A stretch of DNA of 64,000 nt, taken from the NCBI GenBank assembly GCA_963702005.1, contig OY969696.1, positions 1,600,001 to 1,664,000 of the forward strand, in the 5' to 3' direction. The notes below the pieces were generated by a model. The model worked only from the letters and a program-made list of their open reading frames with translations. It had not been told where the DNA came from and did not search any database. Origin of the DNA: Candidatus Aminicenantes bacterium. GTDB lineage: Bacteria > Acidobacteriota > Aminicenantia > Aminicenantales > JAFGBC01. Within the stretch, counting starts at the first letter, position 1. Each line of letters starts with the position of its first letter. Positions 9,925-22,322 of this stretch are shown here, piece by piece. The position numbers and the translations under genes are program-made.

Positions 9925-9999
9925 AAAAACGGTATTTAAGCGTCGGAAGGCCGTCAGAGACGAAATATTCGGAATTACCTAAGCCGGGGACAGAGATAA

Positions 10000-12399
<2,400 letters not shown>

Positions 12400-12434
12400 T
12401 CCGCGTCGAGCGATCCTGAAAGCGGGTGGCTTCC

Positions 12435-15151
12435 ATGACCAAGGACAAGGATAAAGGCAAAGGCAAGGCCAAGGACCGGCCCCGGGAGGAGGCCGCCGGC
12501 AAAGCCAAAGCCAAGGACAAGGGCAAAGCCCTGAGCGCGGAGAAGTCCAAGCCCAAAGACAGCCCGCCAATTCCGGATAAGGTCAAGGACAAGGCCAAGG
12601 ACAAGCCCAAAGGGAAGGCTCCCGAGAAGGAGCCCGAGAAGGAGCGGGGCGCGGACAAGGATCAGAATCAGGACAAGGTTTCCGATAAGGCCAAGGACAA
12701 ACCCAAAGAAGAACGGAAGGATCTCCCGCCCGCCGCCGCGGACCTCTCGGTCGTCAGCCTCGAGGACGAGATGCAGAGGTCCTACCTCGATTACGCCATG
12801 AGCGTCATCATCGGCCGGGCCATCCCCGACATTAAGGACGGCCTCAAGCCCGTCCACCGCCGCGTCCTGTACGCCATGTACGAATCGGGGACGACCTGGA
12901 ATAAACCCTACAAGAAATCGGCCCGGATCGTCGGCGACGTCATCGGGAAATACCATCCCCACGGCGACGCCGCCGTCTACGACACTCTGGTCCGGCTGGC
13001 CCAGGACTTCTCGATGCGCACCGTCCTGGTCGACGGCCAGGGGAACTTCGGTTCCGTCGACGGCGACCCGCCGGCGGCGATGCGCTACACCGAAGTCCGG
13101 ATGAAAAAGATCGCCGGCGAGCTGGTGGCCGACATCGAAAAGGACACGGTCAACTTCATCCCCAATTACGACGAGAGCCTCGAGATGCCCGAGGTCCTTC
13201 CGGCCAAGTTCCCCAACCTCCTCGTTAACGGCGGGAACGGGATCGCGGTCGGGATGGCCAGCAACATCCCCCCCACAACCTGGGCGAGGTCGTCGACGGC
13301 GTCGTCCACCTCATCCAGCACCCCAAGGCGACCCTCAAGGAGATCATGCAGTTCGTGCCCGGCCCCGATTTCCCGACCGGGGGCATCATCTACGGCCGCA
13401 AGGGGATCCAGGACGCCTATAAGGAAGGCCGCGGCGTCATCCACGTCCGGGCCAAGACCATCATCGAGAGGGGCGGTAAAGGGGCGCGGGACGCCATCGT
13501 CGTGACCGAGATTCCCTACCAGGTCAACAAGTCCCGTCTCCTGGAGAGCATTGCCGACCTGGTCAACGCCAAGAAGGTCGAGGGGATCGCCGACATCCGG
13601 GACGAATCGGACCGGGAGGGGATGCGGATCGTCCTCGAGGTCAAGAGGGGCGATCTTCCCGAGGTCATCCTCAACTCCCTCTTCAAGCACACCCAGCTCC
13701 AGACTTCGTTCGGGATCATCATGCTGGCCATCGTCGAGAAGCAGCCCAAGCTCCTCGGCCTTGTCGACGTGATGAAATACTTCATCTCCCACCGCCAGGA
13801 CGTCGTCCGGCGCCGGACCCGGTTCGAGCTCAAGCGGGCCGAGGCCCGGGCTCATATCCTGGAAGGCCTGGTCATCTGCCTCGACCACCTCGACGCCATC
13901 ATCAAGCTCATCCGGGCGTCGGCCAACGTCGAGGAAGCCCGCCAGGGGCTGATGACCCGCTTCCGGATGAGCCAGATCCAGGCCCAGGCCGTCCTGGACA
14001 TGCCCCTCCAGCGGCTGACCAAGCTCGAGCGGGAGAAGATCGTCCGCGAGTACGAGGAGCTCAAGAAAGAGATCGCCCGGCTCAAGAAGATCCTCGCCTC
14101 GGACAAGCTCATGCTCGACATCATCGTCGAGGAGCTCAAGGCCATCAAGCAGGAGTACCAGGACGAGAGGCGGACCGAGCTGCGCGGAGAAGCGGTGACC
14201 GAGATCCGGCCCGAGGACCTCATCAAAGAGGAGGAGGTCGCCGTCGTCCACACTCAGTCCGGCTACGTCAAGCGGACCTCCCTAAGCGCTTACCGCTACC
14301 AGAGCCGGGGCGGCAAGGGCCGCAAAGGGATCTCGATGAAGACCGAGGACATCGTCGAGAACCTGTTCGTCTGCTCAACCCACAGCTATCTCCTGGTCTT
14401 CACCAACCGCGGCCGGATGTACTGGCTCAAGGCCCTGGATATCCCCGATGTCGGCCCGGCCGGCCGGGGCCGCTCCATCAACAACATCCTCGAGATCGGG
14501 GCCGAGGAGAAGGTCCGCTCGGTCGTCGCCGTCAAGGAATTCAGCGAGGACGAGTTCATCATCATGCTCTCGACGGACGGCCAGATCAAGAAGACGCCCC
14601 TGGCCGACTTCCGGAACGTCCGGCGGGGCGGCATCAACGCCATGAGCCTCCGGGCAAAGTCGGAGCTGTTCGCGGCCCGGCTCACGAGCGGCAAGAGGGA
14701 CATCATCATCGGGACCCGGCTTGGCCGGGCCCTCCGCTTCAAGGAAGGCGAGGTCCGTCCCATGGGCCGCCAGGCGGCCGGCGTCAAGGCCATCCGGCTC
14801 CGGCCCAAGGACGCCGTCATCGGCATGGTCGTCCTGGGGGACAACGACAAGTTCATTTTCACGGCCAGCGAGCGCGGCTACGGCAAGAAGACCGACATCA
14901 AGCAATATCCCAAGCACCGCCGGGGCGGCCAGGGCGTTATCAACATCAGGGTGACCCCCAAGATCGGGAACGCCCTGACCATGGTTGGGATCGCCGACGA
15001 CGACCTCCTGGTCATGACCGTCGAGGGCAAGGTCATCCGGATCCGGACGACCCAATTCAGGCCCCTGGGCCGCTCGACCCAGGGCGTCCGGATCATCCAG
15101 CTCGAGCCCAAGGACCGGGTCTGCTCGGTCGCCAAGGTCGGCGAAGAATAG
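12435..15151 (+). CDS. gyrA: DNA gyrase subunit A with Lys/Asp-rich N-terminal extension; apparent 1-nt deletion at ~13268-13274
   Basis: [26 protein letters not shown] and GyrA-box QSRGGKG. A C7 run sits where NIPPHN needs C8, and adding one C joins the two ORF-track pieces. Confidence 0.95.
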
Positions 15152-15178
15152 CCGGCCGGTCTCGGCAAGGCGGCCCAT

Positions 15179-15475
15179 TTGACCCGTTCGCCGACGCTAC
15201 ACCGCCCTGAAAGGCGGGGACGAGAAGCGACACTTTTGTACTCAGCCCCTTTAGAGGAGATGGGACTGAGTGGGCTCAGGGCAGAAGCTCCACGTGATAA
15301 TCTGTGGAGCTTCAGCCCCGAACAAGCCCCGGCATTCATGCACTCATGAACCGGAAACGGTTCATGAGTACTGGCGCTCCAATGAGCATTAGTCTGTGGA
15401 GCTTCGGCCGGGGAGCAGCCTTGCAGCACTCATACTAAGCCGGAAACGGCTTAGTATGAGTATCGAGGGGTTGAC
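15179..15475. repeat. Composite nested palindromic element bounded by TTGAC direct repeats
   Basis: Perfect stems at 15284-15313 (10 bp), 15342-15369 (12 bp, GAAA loop) and 15428-15461 (15 bp, GAAA loop). Shares TTGACCCGTTCGCCGA...GGCTCAGGG and GGGGTTGAC with 19506-19581. Confidence 0.8.
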
Positions 15476-15499
15476 ACGGGGGCTAAATCCTATTAAAAT
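15471..15499 (+). promoter_or_regulatory. Sigma70-type promoter
   Basis: TTGACA-17bp-TAAAAT, 30 bp before the ATG at 15530. Confidence 0.75.
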
Positions 15500-15529
15500 A
15501 GTAGGGTAAAGATAGGAAAGGGTTCGACC

Positions 15530-15943
15530 ATGTCTAAACTCATTTCGTTCGGCCTCGTCTTTCTCCTCCTGGCCGCTCTTCTGCCCGCTGAAGAGGAGGA
15601 GTTCTCGCTCCTGCCCGGTTTCGGCAAGACGTGCCGGATCGGAGAGAATTACACGTTCAACTATGACTTCGACAAGACGCCCAAGATGGGGATGGCCGTC
15701 CTCCGCATCAAGCTCTTCGATGCGAAGGGCCGCAAGGCGACCGACCTCGAGATCATAGGGCGGTACGATATGCCCTCGATGCAGGGCGCCCACGCCTCCG
15801 GCGACGTTGCGTTCAAGCTCAACAAGAAAGGCGTCTACCTCCTTCCCGTCAATATCGTCATGCCGGGGGAGTGGGAGATCCGGCTCGTCTTCCTCAAGGA
15901 CAAATCCGTCATCCACCGGGCCCGATTTTTATTCAATGTCTAA
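15530..15943 (+). CDS. Secreted YtkA/FixH-like beta-sandwich protein
   Basis: Signal peptide, YDMPSMQGAH and GVYLLPVNIVMPGEWEI resemble the YtkA-like domain. Confidence 0.6.
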   Translation: MSKLISFGLVFLLLAALLPAEEEEFSLLPGFGKTCRIGENYTFNYDFDKTPKMGMAVLRIKLFDAKGRKATDLEIIGRYDMPSMQGAHASGDVAFKLNKKGVYLLPVNIVMPGEWEIRLVFLKDKSVIHRARFLFNV

Positions 15944-16922
15944 ACGGCGGGCGGTCCTGGCCCTCGTCCTCGTCCTGGCCGCCCGGGCGGGCAGGGCGGA
16001 GGCGGGGAGCGCGCTTTTCTTCCTGGAGCTCCAGGCCGTGGCCGGCTACGCCCGGCAGGAGGGGAAGGTCGTCTTCTTCTCCCAGTCCCGCTACGACGCC
16101 ATGCAGAAGCCCAGCCTGGGATTCGACGCCCTTCTGCGGATCTCGGGACGGACCGCCGACAGGGGATCGGTCGCGCTCCAGGTCCGGCTGGCCTATGATG
16201 CGGACCGTCCTTCCAGAGCCGAGATCCAGGTCTACAACGCCTTCATCAAGCTCAAGCTCGGTTTTTCCGACCTGTGGGCCGGGCACAACAAACCGGCCCT
16301 CGGGCTGTCGTCCGTCCTCGACAGCCACGCCGAGCTGCTCATACCCCTCTCCATGCAGGGGATCGGTTTCGATCGAGACTGGGGCGTGGGGCTTTCCAGG
16401 GATTACCCATGGGGCTCGGGAAGCTTGAGCCTGACGGCGGGGAGCGGAATGCCCCTTCGCCTCAAAGGAAACTACCTCGCGGCCGGACGGATCTCCCGGG
16501 GCGTCCTCAACCGGGACAACTTCTCGCTGGGATTATCGGCGGCCTACGGCCGGATCCTCGATGTCATGGGGACTCATGTTTTTTCCGGCCGGCCGCGGCC
16601 GTTTCGCTGCGTGTCGTTTGACGCGTCCTACTTCTGGCGAAGAATCGAGAACCGGGTCGAGGTCGCGGCCGGAACCAGCCGGAATGATTCTCTGTTCGCC
16701 CTGTTCTGGCGGGGGAGCGTCCGTTTCCTCGAAGAGGACCGGCTCAGACTCGAGCTCCAGCCTTGTTACGTCCGGCGGGGCCTTGAGCGCGGCTGGGAAG
16801 TCTCAACGGGCGTTTCTTTCCAGGCCACGACGCATCTCAGCCTGCGCGCCATGGCCGTCCGGGACGGAATCAGGAACGACCGCCGGATTGTTGTCCAGGC
16901 CTATTATTACCGGGCCCTCTGA
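15936..16922 (+). CDS. Putative outer-membrane beta-barrel protein
   Basis: Start overlaps the upstream stop. Signal peptide, QVYNAFIK, FDRDWGVG and C-terminal VVQAYYYRAL. Confidence 0.6.
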   Translation: MSKRRAVLALVLVLAARAGRAEAGSALFFLELQAVAGYARQEGKVVFFSQSRYDAMQKPSLGFDALLRISGRTADRGSVALQVRLAYDADRPSRAEIQVYNAFIKLKLGFSDLWAGHNKPALGLSSVLDSHAELLIPLSMQGIGFDRDWGVGLSRDYPWGSGSLSLTAGSGMPLRLKGNYLAAGRISRGVLNRDNFSLGLSAAYGRILDVMGTHVFSGRPRPFRCVSFDASYFWRRIENRVEVAAGTSRNDSLFALFWRGSVRFLEEDRLRLELQPCYVRRGLERGWEVSTGVSFQATTHLSLRAMAVRDGIRNDRRIVVQAYYYRAL

Positions 16923-16936
16923 AAGGGAGGGGAACG

Positions 16937-17628
16937 ATGATGCAAAGATCTGGCTATGAACCCGCGCTCGGCCGGGCGGCCGCTCTGGCCCTGTTCGCTT
17001 TATTCCTAGCCTGCCGCGTCCTCATGGCCGCCGTCGGGTGCGACCTCAATGACCCCGACCGCGACGTCAAGCGCCTCTTTCCCGATTCGACCGGATATAA
17101 GACGATCTATGTCTCCATCGCCAAAAAAGGCGGCGCCGAGCTCCTCCGCAGCATCGAGGATAGGCTCGGGGACCGTTTCCAGGGGCTGTTCGAGACGGCC
17201 GACGTCCCTTACACGATGTACGAAGTCTACCGGGGGAGGTCCTCATCGGCTACATCCACGGCGTCAATCAGAAAGGAAGTTTCGGCGGGCTCCAGGTCTT
17301 CCTGGCCTTCGACCTCGAGGGGACCATCCGCGCCTTCTATTTCCAGAAGCTGACGGCCAAGGACGCCCGCGCTTTCCGCGATCCGGCCTTCGGGCGTCAG
17401 TTCGAGGGGCTGAGCCTCAAGGATTTTTACGGATACGACGTTCGCTCCAGCCGGGAAACGCCGCCCGGACCGGTCGGGCGGATTCGCAACCCGGCGCCGG
17501 AGTCCGAGGCGGATTTCCGGGCCGTCCTGCGCGCCGTCAAGAAAAACCTGATTCTGGTCGATGAATTCCTGCTGGGCAACCGCCACCTATCCTTTTTCAA
17601 GCCCTTAGGCCAGGGAGAATTCCTATGA
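16937..17628 (+). CDS. Secreted protein resembling FMN-binding (RnfG/NosR-like) domain proteins; apparent 1-nt deletion at ~17232-17236
   Basis: Adding one G to the G5 run gives ...IGYIHGVNQKGSFGGLQVFLAFDLEGTIRAFYFQK...FGRQFEGLSL, ending at a TGA that overlaps the next ATG. Confidence 0.55.
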
Positions 17629-18812
17629 GCATTTTCAGGATCGCTTTCAAAAACCTCCTCCGCAAACGGACCCGAAGCCTGCTGACCGTGCTGGGGATCG
17701 CCCTGGCCGCTTGGGTCTTGATCAGCCTGTTCGGATTCAACCGGGGCTACGAATCCGCCCTCAGCAAGGACATCGACAACCTCGGCTTCCAGATGCTCGT
17801 CACGGCCAAAGGCTGTCCTTACGAGGCGGCGACCTTGATGCTCAAGGGCGGGACCGGCCTCCGCTACATGAAGGAGGGGATCGCCGACGACATTCGCCGC
17901 GAGCCCGAGGTCGAGTCCGTCACCCCCATGCTCATGCAGGCCGTCTTCGACCCCAACAAGGGCGAGAGCGGAGGGATCACGGCTTATCTCGGGGTCGACC
18001 CGGCCACCTTTCCGCGTTTGAAAGGGAAGCTTGAATTCCTCCAGGGCGGTTGGTTCAGCCAGCCCGACGCCCGGGAGGCCGTCCTCGGCTACGAAGCGGC
18101 CGAGCTCGAACAGCGCGAGGTCGGGGACCTCCTCCTCATCCCCGACAAGGAGGTCGAGCTCAAGGTCGTCGGCATCCTCAAGCGGACCGGGACCCAGGAC
18201 GACGGCACGATCTTCCTGCCCCTGGGAACCGTCCAGTCCGTTTTCGGCGTCAAGGGGGAATTGACCGGCGTCGGGATCAAGCTTCGCAAGGACGCCGACC
18301 AGGCCAAGTTTGAAAACCGGATGTACGCCCTGCCCGATGTCCAGATCGTGAGCCTGGCCCAGGTCAAAACGACCATCATGACCCTTGTCTCGACGGCCAA
18401 GGTCATGGTCCTGTCGATCGCCCTCATCGCCATCCTGATCGCCGTCGTGGGCGTCGTCAACACGATCTTGATGTCGGTCGTCGAACGGACGCCCGAGATC
18501 GGCGTCCTCAAGTCGATGGGGGCGCTGTCCCGGGATATCTTCCGCCTGGTTTGGATCGAGACCGTCTTCCTATGCTTGGCCGGGGGCGGCCTCGGCGCCT
18601 TGCTGGCCCTGGCCACCGAGCGGGTGACCGAGGTCCTCGTCCGGGCCCTGCTGCCCTTCGCCCCCAGTGGAGGGCTCATCCGGATCGACTCCGGACTGGT
18701 CGTCATGACGCTTGGCATCATTGTCGCCATCGGACTCCTGAGCGGGATTTATCCGTCTTGGCGGGCCGGCCGGGTCCGGCCTTTGGAAGCCATCCGGAGC
18801 GAGGTCGAGTGA
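17625..18812 (+). CDS. ABC transporter permease, MacB/FtsX-like
   Basis: NLLRKRTRSLLT, NTILMSVVERTPEIGVLKSMGA and YPSWRA..PLEAIR motifs. Confidence 0.9.
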   Translation: MSIFRIAFKNLLRKRTRSLLTVLGIALAAWVLISLFGFNRGYESALSKDIDNLGFQMLVTAKGCPYEAATLMLKGGTGLRYMKEGIADDIRREPEVESVTPMLMQAVFDPNKGESGGITAYLGVDPATFPRLKGKLEFLQGGWFSQPDAREAVLGYEAAELEQREVGDLLLIPDKEVELKVVGILKRTGTQDDGTIFLPLGTVQSVFGVKGELTGVGIKLRKDADQAKFENRMYALPDVQIVSLAQVKTTIMTLVSTAKVMVLSIALIAILIAVVGVVNTILMSVVERTPEIGVLKSMGALSRDIFRLVWIETVFLCLAGGGLGALLALATERVTEVLVRALLPFAPSGGLIRIDSGLVVMTLGIIVAIGLLSGIYPSWRAGRVRPLEAIRSEVE

Positions 18813-19509
18813 TGAGCCGCGCCGCCCAACCCATCCTTATCGCCGAGAACCTGAGGCGCCTCTATCAAAGGGGGAGCGAATCCATAGCCGCCGTGGATGG
18901 GATCTCGTTCAATCTGTCCGAGGGCGAGTTTGTCGCCTTCGTCGGTCCCTCCGGGTCGGGAAAAACCACCCTCCTTCACCTGCTCGGCTGTCTGGACAAT
19001 CCGAGCTCGGGCCGGCTGGTCGCGGCCGGCCGGACCGTATTCGACGGGCCCCGGCCTCTTCCCGAAAGGCAGCTGACCCGGATCCGGCGGGAGCTGTTCG
19101 GCTATATCTTCCAGCGGTTCTACCTCATCCCGACCCTGACCGTCGAAGAGAACGTCCGTCTCCCTTTCGCCTTCTACATGAAGCCCGGCGCCGAGGCGAA
19201 GGTCGAGCCCCTCCTCGAGCTTCTCGGGCTTGAGGGGAGGCGCCGCCACCTGCCCGGCCAACTTTCGGGGGAGAGATGCAGCGCGTCGCCATCGCCCGGG
19301 CCCTCGTCAACCGGCCCCGGGTCCTGCTGGCCGATGAGCCGACCGGGAACCTCGATGTCCGGCGCAGCGGGGAGATCGGAGTTCTGCTCAGGACGCTTAA
19401 CAGGAACGACCGGATTTCGATCGTCCTGGTCACCCATAATCCGAGCTTGGCCCGGCTGGCCGACCGGGTCGTCGAGCTCCGGGACGGCCGGCTGACCGGC
19501 CCGGCTTGA
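18812..19509 (+). CDS. ABC transporter ATP-binding protein, LolD-like; apparent 1-nt deletion at ~19267-19271
   Basis: Walker A GPSGSGKT. The LSGGEMQRV signature is broken by a G5 run that needs G6. LLADEPTGNLD and VTHN follow. Confidence 0.9.
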
Positions 19510-19581
19510 CCCGTTCGCCGAGGCTCAGGGTAACCCCATACCAAGCCCTGGTTTTTTGCCAGGGCTTGGTATGGGGTTGAC
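19506..19581. repeat. Palindromic mini-element bounded by TTGAC direct repeats
   Basis: TTGACCCGTTCGCCGAGGCTCAGGG, then a perfect 20-bp stem (19532-19551 / 19559-19578) ending in GGGGTTGAC. Confidence 0.8.
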
Positions 19582-19605
19582 AGTTCGGGCCGGGAAAAAT
19601 ACAAT
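19577..19605 (+). promoter_or_regulatory. Sigma70-type promoter for the acyl-CoA ligase gene
   Basis: TTGACA-17bp-TACAAT. Confidence 0.75.
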
Positions 19606-19640
19606 GGGTTTCGCCATCCAAGGAAAAGGAGGAGGGACCC

Positions 19641-21440
19641 ATGATTTCGACTCTATCCCAGATGGTTCTCAACACCGTCCGGACCTATCCCAAAGACGAA
19701 TTCTTGCTGATCAAGTCAGAAGGCGTCTACCGGCCGATCTCGACGGCCGAGTTTGGGGAGCGGGTCAAGCGTTTCTGCCTCGGGCTCAAGGAGCTCGGCC
19801 ACAAGAAGGGCGACAAGCTCGTCATCCTGTCCGAAAACAGGCCCGAGTGGGTCATGAGCGACCTGGCCAATCTGTGCGGGGGCGGAGTGACCGTCCCCAT
19901 CTATACGACCCTCGTTCCCGAGGCCGTTAAGTACATCATTAACAATTCCGACGCCCGGTTCGTCGTCGTCTCCGGCGAAGAGCTGTGGGCCAAGATCAAG
20001 GCCGTCAAGAAGGACCTCAAGAAAGTTCGCCATTTCATCTCGATGGCGGATAAACCCCCGGCCGGCGTCCTGAGCTGGCGGGAGGTCCTGGACAAGGGAG
20101 CCAAGAGGGCGCAAAAAAAGGGGAAAGCCGGCGAATTCGAAAAGCTCGTCGCCCAGGTCAAGCCCCAGGACGAGGCGTCCATCATTTACACCTCGGGGAC
20201 GACCGGCATCCCCAAGGGCGTCATCCTGACCCACCGCAACTTCCTAAGCAACGTCATGACCTGCGTCCCGCTCGTCGATATTACCTGCCGGGACACCGTC
20301 CTGTCCTTCCTGCCGCTCTCCCACGTCCTAGAGCGAATGGTCATGTTCTGCTACACCTACGTGGGTGCGACGATCGCCTTTGCCGAAAGCGTCGAGGCGG
20401 TCGCCCAGAACCTGCTCGAGGTCAAGCCCCACATCATGGTCAGCGTCCCCCGCGTCTTCGAGAAGATCTACGCCAGGGTCATGGACCAGGTCCTGGCCGG
20501 GTCCGGGCTCAAGCGGAAGATCTTTTTCTGGGCCCTCAAGGTCGGCAAGGACTGCGGCCGGCGCCGGCTCGAGAAGGAGCCGACCCCGGCTTTCCTGGAG
20601 AGGAAGCGGAAGCTCGCCCACAAGCTCGTCTTCTCCAAGATCATCGCCAAGACGGGAGGCCGGATCCGCTACTTCCTGTCGGGCGGGGCGCCGCTTTCCA
20701 AAGACATCGCGGAGTTTTTCCACGCCATGGGGTTGATCATCCTCGAGGGCTACGGGCTGACCGAGACCTCCCCGGTCATCTCCCTCAACACGTTCGAGAA
20801 CATGCGCTTCGGCGCGGTCGGGAAGCCCATCCCCGGCGTCGAAGTCAAGATCGCCAAGGACGGCGAGATCATGACCAAAGGTCCCCACGTCATGAAGGGC
20901 TACTACAAGAAGCCGGCCGAGACCCGGGAGGTCCTGTCGAAGGGCTGGTTCAAGACGGGCGACATCGGCCATATCGACAAGGACGGCTTCGTCGTCATCA
21001 CCGACCGCAAGAAGGACCTGATCATCACCTCGGGCGGGAAGAATATCGCGCCCCAGCCGATCGAGAACATCCTCAAGACCATCCCCTACATCTCGAACGC
21101 CGTCGTCGTCGGCGACCGGAAGAAGTTCGTCTCGGCCCTGGTCATCCCCGATTTTGAGAAGCTCGAGGCCTGGGCCAAGAAGAAGGGGCTCTCTTTCGCC
21201 AGCCGGGCCGATATGGTCCGGGACGAGCGGGTCGTCTCCTTCCTCTGGTCCGTGGTCGACAAGGCGACGCCCGGCCTCGCTTCCTACGAGCGGATCAAGC
21301 AGGTCGCGCTCCTCGACCGGGAGTTCGAGATCGAGGCCGACGAGATCACGCCGACCCTAAAAGTCAAACGGAACATCATCGAACGGAAATACAGGGACCT
21401 CATCGCCTCCCTCTATAAGGGCAAAGACGACAACGGATAG
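19641..21440 (+). CDS. fadD: Long-chain fatty-acid--CoA ligase
   Basis: IIYTSGTTGIPKG, EGYGLTET, WFKTGDIG and ITPTLKVKR motifs. Confidence 0.9.
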   Translation: MISTLSQMVLNTVRTYPKDEFLLIKSEGVYRPISTAEFGERVKRFCLGLKELGHKKGDKLVILSENRPEWVMSDLANLCGGGVTVPIYTTLVPEAVKYIINNSDARFVVVSGEELWAKIKAVKKDLKKVRHFISMADKPPAGVLSWREVLDKGAKRAQKKGKAGEFEKLVAQVKPQDEASIIYTSGTTGIPKGVILTHRNFLSNVMTCVPLVDITCRDTVLSFLPLSHVLERMVMFCYTYVGATIAFAESVEAVAQNLLEVKPHIMVSVPRVFEKIYARVMDQVLAGSGLKRKIFFWALKVGKDCGRRRLEKEPTPAFLERKRKLAHKLVFSKIIAKTGGRIRYFLSGGAPLSKDIAEFFHAMGLIILEGYGLTETSPVISLNTFENMRFGAVGKPIPGVEVKIAKDGEIMTKGPHVMKGYYKKPAETREVLSKGWFKTGDIGHIDKDGFVVITDRKKDLIITSGGKNIAPQPIENILKTIPYISNAVVVGDRKKFVSALVIPDFEKLEAWAKKKGLSFASRADMVRDERVVSFLWSVVDKATPGLASYERIKQVALLDREFEIEADEITPTLKVKRNIIERKYRDLIASLYKGKDDNG

Positions 21441-21463
21441 GGGGAAGGAACGAGGGGCCGGAA

Positions 21464-22177
21464 TTAACCCGGCTTTTGAGTCCAAAGCAAGATCCGGCCG
21501 CAGGCCTCGCACAGGATGAGAGAAGTCCCGGCCATAAGCTCCTCGAGGACCTGAGGGCGGACCCGCATGTGACACAGCGAACAGAAGTCCCCCTTGACGG
21601 GTGACAGGACGATTCCGGTCCGCTTGTGGAAGATGGCCTGGTAGAGGGCCAGCGCATCGGCCGGGACGTTCCGGAGTTGAGCTTCCCGCTCGGCCCGGAT
21701 CCGGTCCCGGTGTCCTTCCAGGGCGGCCTTACGGGCGAGCAGGGCCTCCTTCTCCTTTTTGAGGACGTTCTCGGCCTGGCGGCAGGTCTCGGCCGCGGCC
21801 CGGATGTCCCGCTCGATGTCGTCGGCGGCCAGCATCTCGCTGATGATCGATTCCTCGAGGGCGTCGACCTTGGCCTTGGCGCCGTCGATCTCGTGGAGGA
21901 GGGCCGTGTACTCCTTGTTCGTCTTGACCTCGTTGAGCTGAACCTTGTATTTCGAGATGTGGGCTTTGATGTCTTTGACTTGGCCCTCAAAATCGCGGCG
22001 CTTCCTCTGGTTCTGGGCGAGTTGGTCCTTAGCTTGGGCGAGGTCTTGGGAGCTTTTTTCGATCTTGGCGTCGATGGCGGCCACCTTGGCCGGGATCGTG
22101 TCGAGGAAGACGGAGAGGTGCTTAAGCTTGGTGTCCAAGCGCTGGAGGGCGATCAACTGGTTGAAATCAACGTCCAC
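21464..22177 (-). CDS. Coiled-coil protein with C4 zinc ribbon (DUF164/CT398 family)
   Basis: LIALQRLD, VKTNKEYTALLHEI and CSLCHM...CEACGRIL. Usual position downstream of rpoD. Confidence 0.9.
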   Translation of the reverse strand: MDVDFNQLIALQRLDTKLKHLSVFLDTIPAKVAAIDAKIEKSSQDLAQAKDQLAQNQRKRRDFEGQVKDIKAHISKYKVQLNEVKTNKEYTALLHEIDGAKAKVDALEESIISEMLAADDIERDIRAAAETCRQAENVLKKEKEALLARKAALEGHRDRIRAEREAQLRNVPADALALYQAIFHKRTGIVLSPVKGDFCSLCHMRVRPQVLEELMAGTSLILCEACGRILLWTQKPG

Positions 22178-22195
22178 ATCATCCTCAGTCTCGAC

Positions 22196-22267
22196 TGGGC
22201 CTACCAGGATTCGAACCTGGGACCTGCCGGTTATGAGCCGGTAGCTCTACCACTGAGCTATAGGCCC
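22196..22267 (-). tRNA. tRNA with CAT anticodon, probably tRNA-Ile2 (lysidine type); CCA not encoded
   Basis: GGGCCTATAGCTCAGTGGTAGAGCTACCGGCT-CAT-AACCGGCAGGTCCCAGGTTCGAATCCTGGTAGGCCCA folds as a cloverleaf. Confidence 0.93.
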
Positions 22268-22277
22268 TCGGCCCACC

Positions 22278-22306
22278 TTTATACCAAATCTCGAACGGGG
22301 AGTCAA
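22278..22306 (-). promoter_or_regulatory. Sigma70-type promoter for the tRNA
   Basis: TTGACT-17bp-TATAAA on the minus strand. Confidence 0.6.
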
Positions 22307-22322
22307 CGAAAGGGAATTGTTC

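Noticed and set aside
13261-13280. Programmed frameshift or split gyrA
   Set aside because: It has the same homopolymer-deletion pattern as four unrelated genes, so sequencing error is more parsimonious.
15384-15397. 14-bp match GAGCATTAGTCTGT shared with 27714-27727, linking the two repeat families
   Set aside because: A single short match with unrelated flanks cannot be separated from chance without genome-wide counts.
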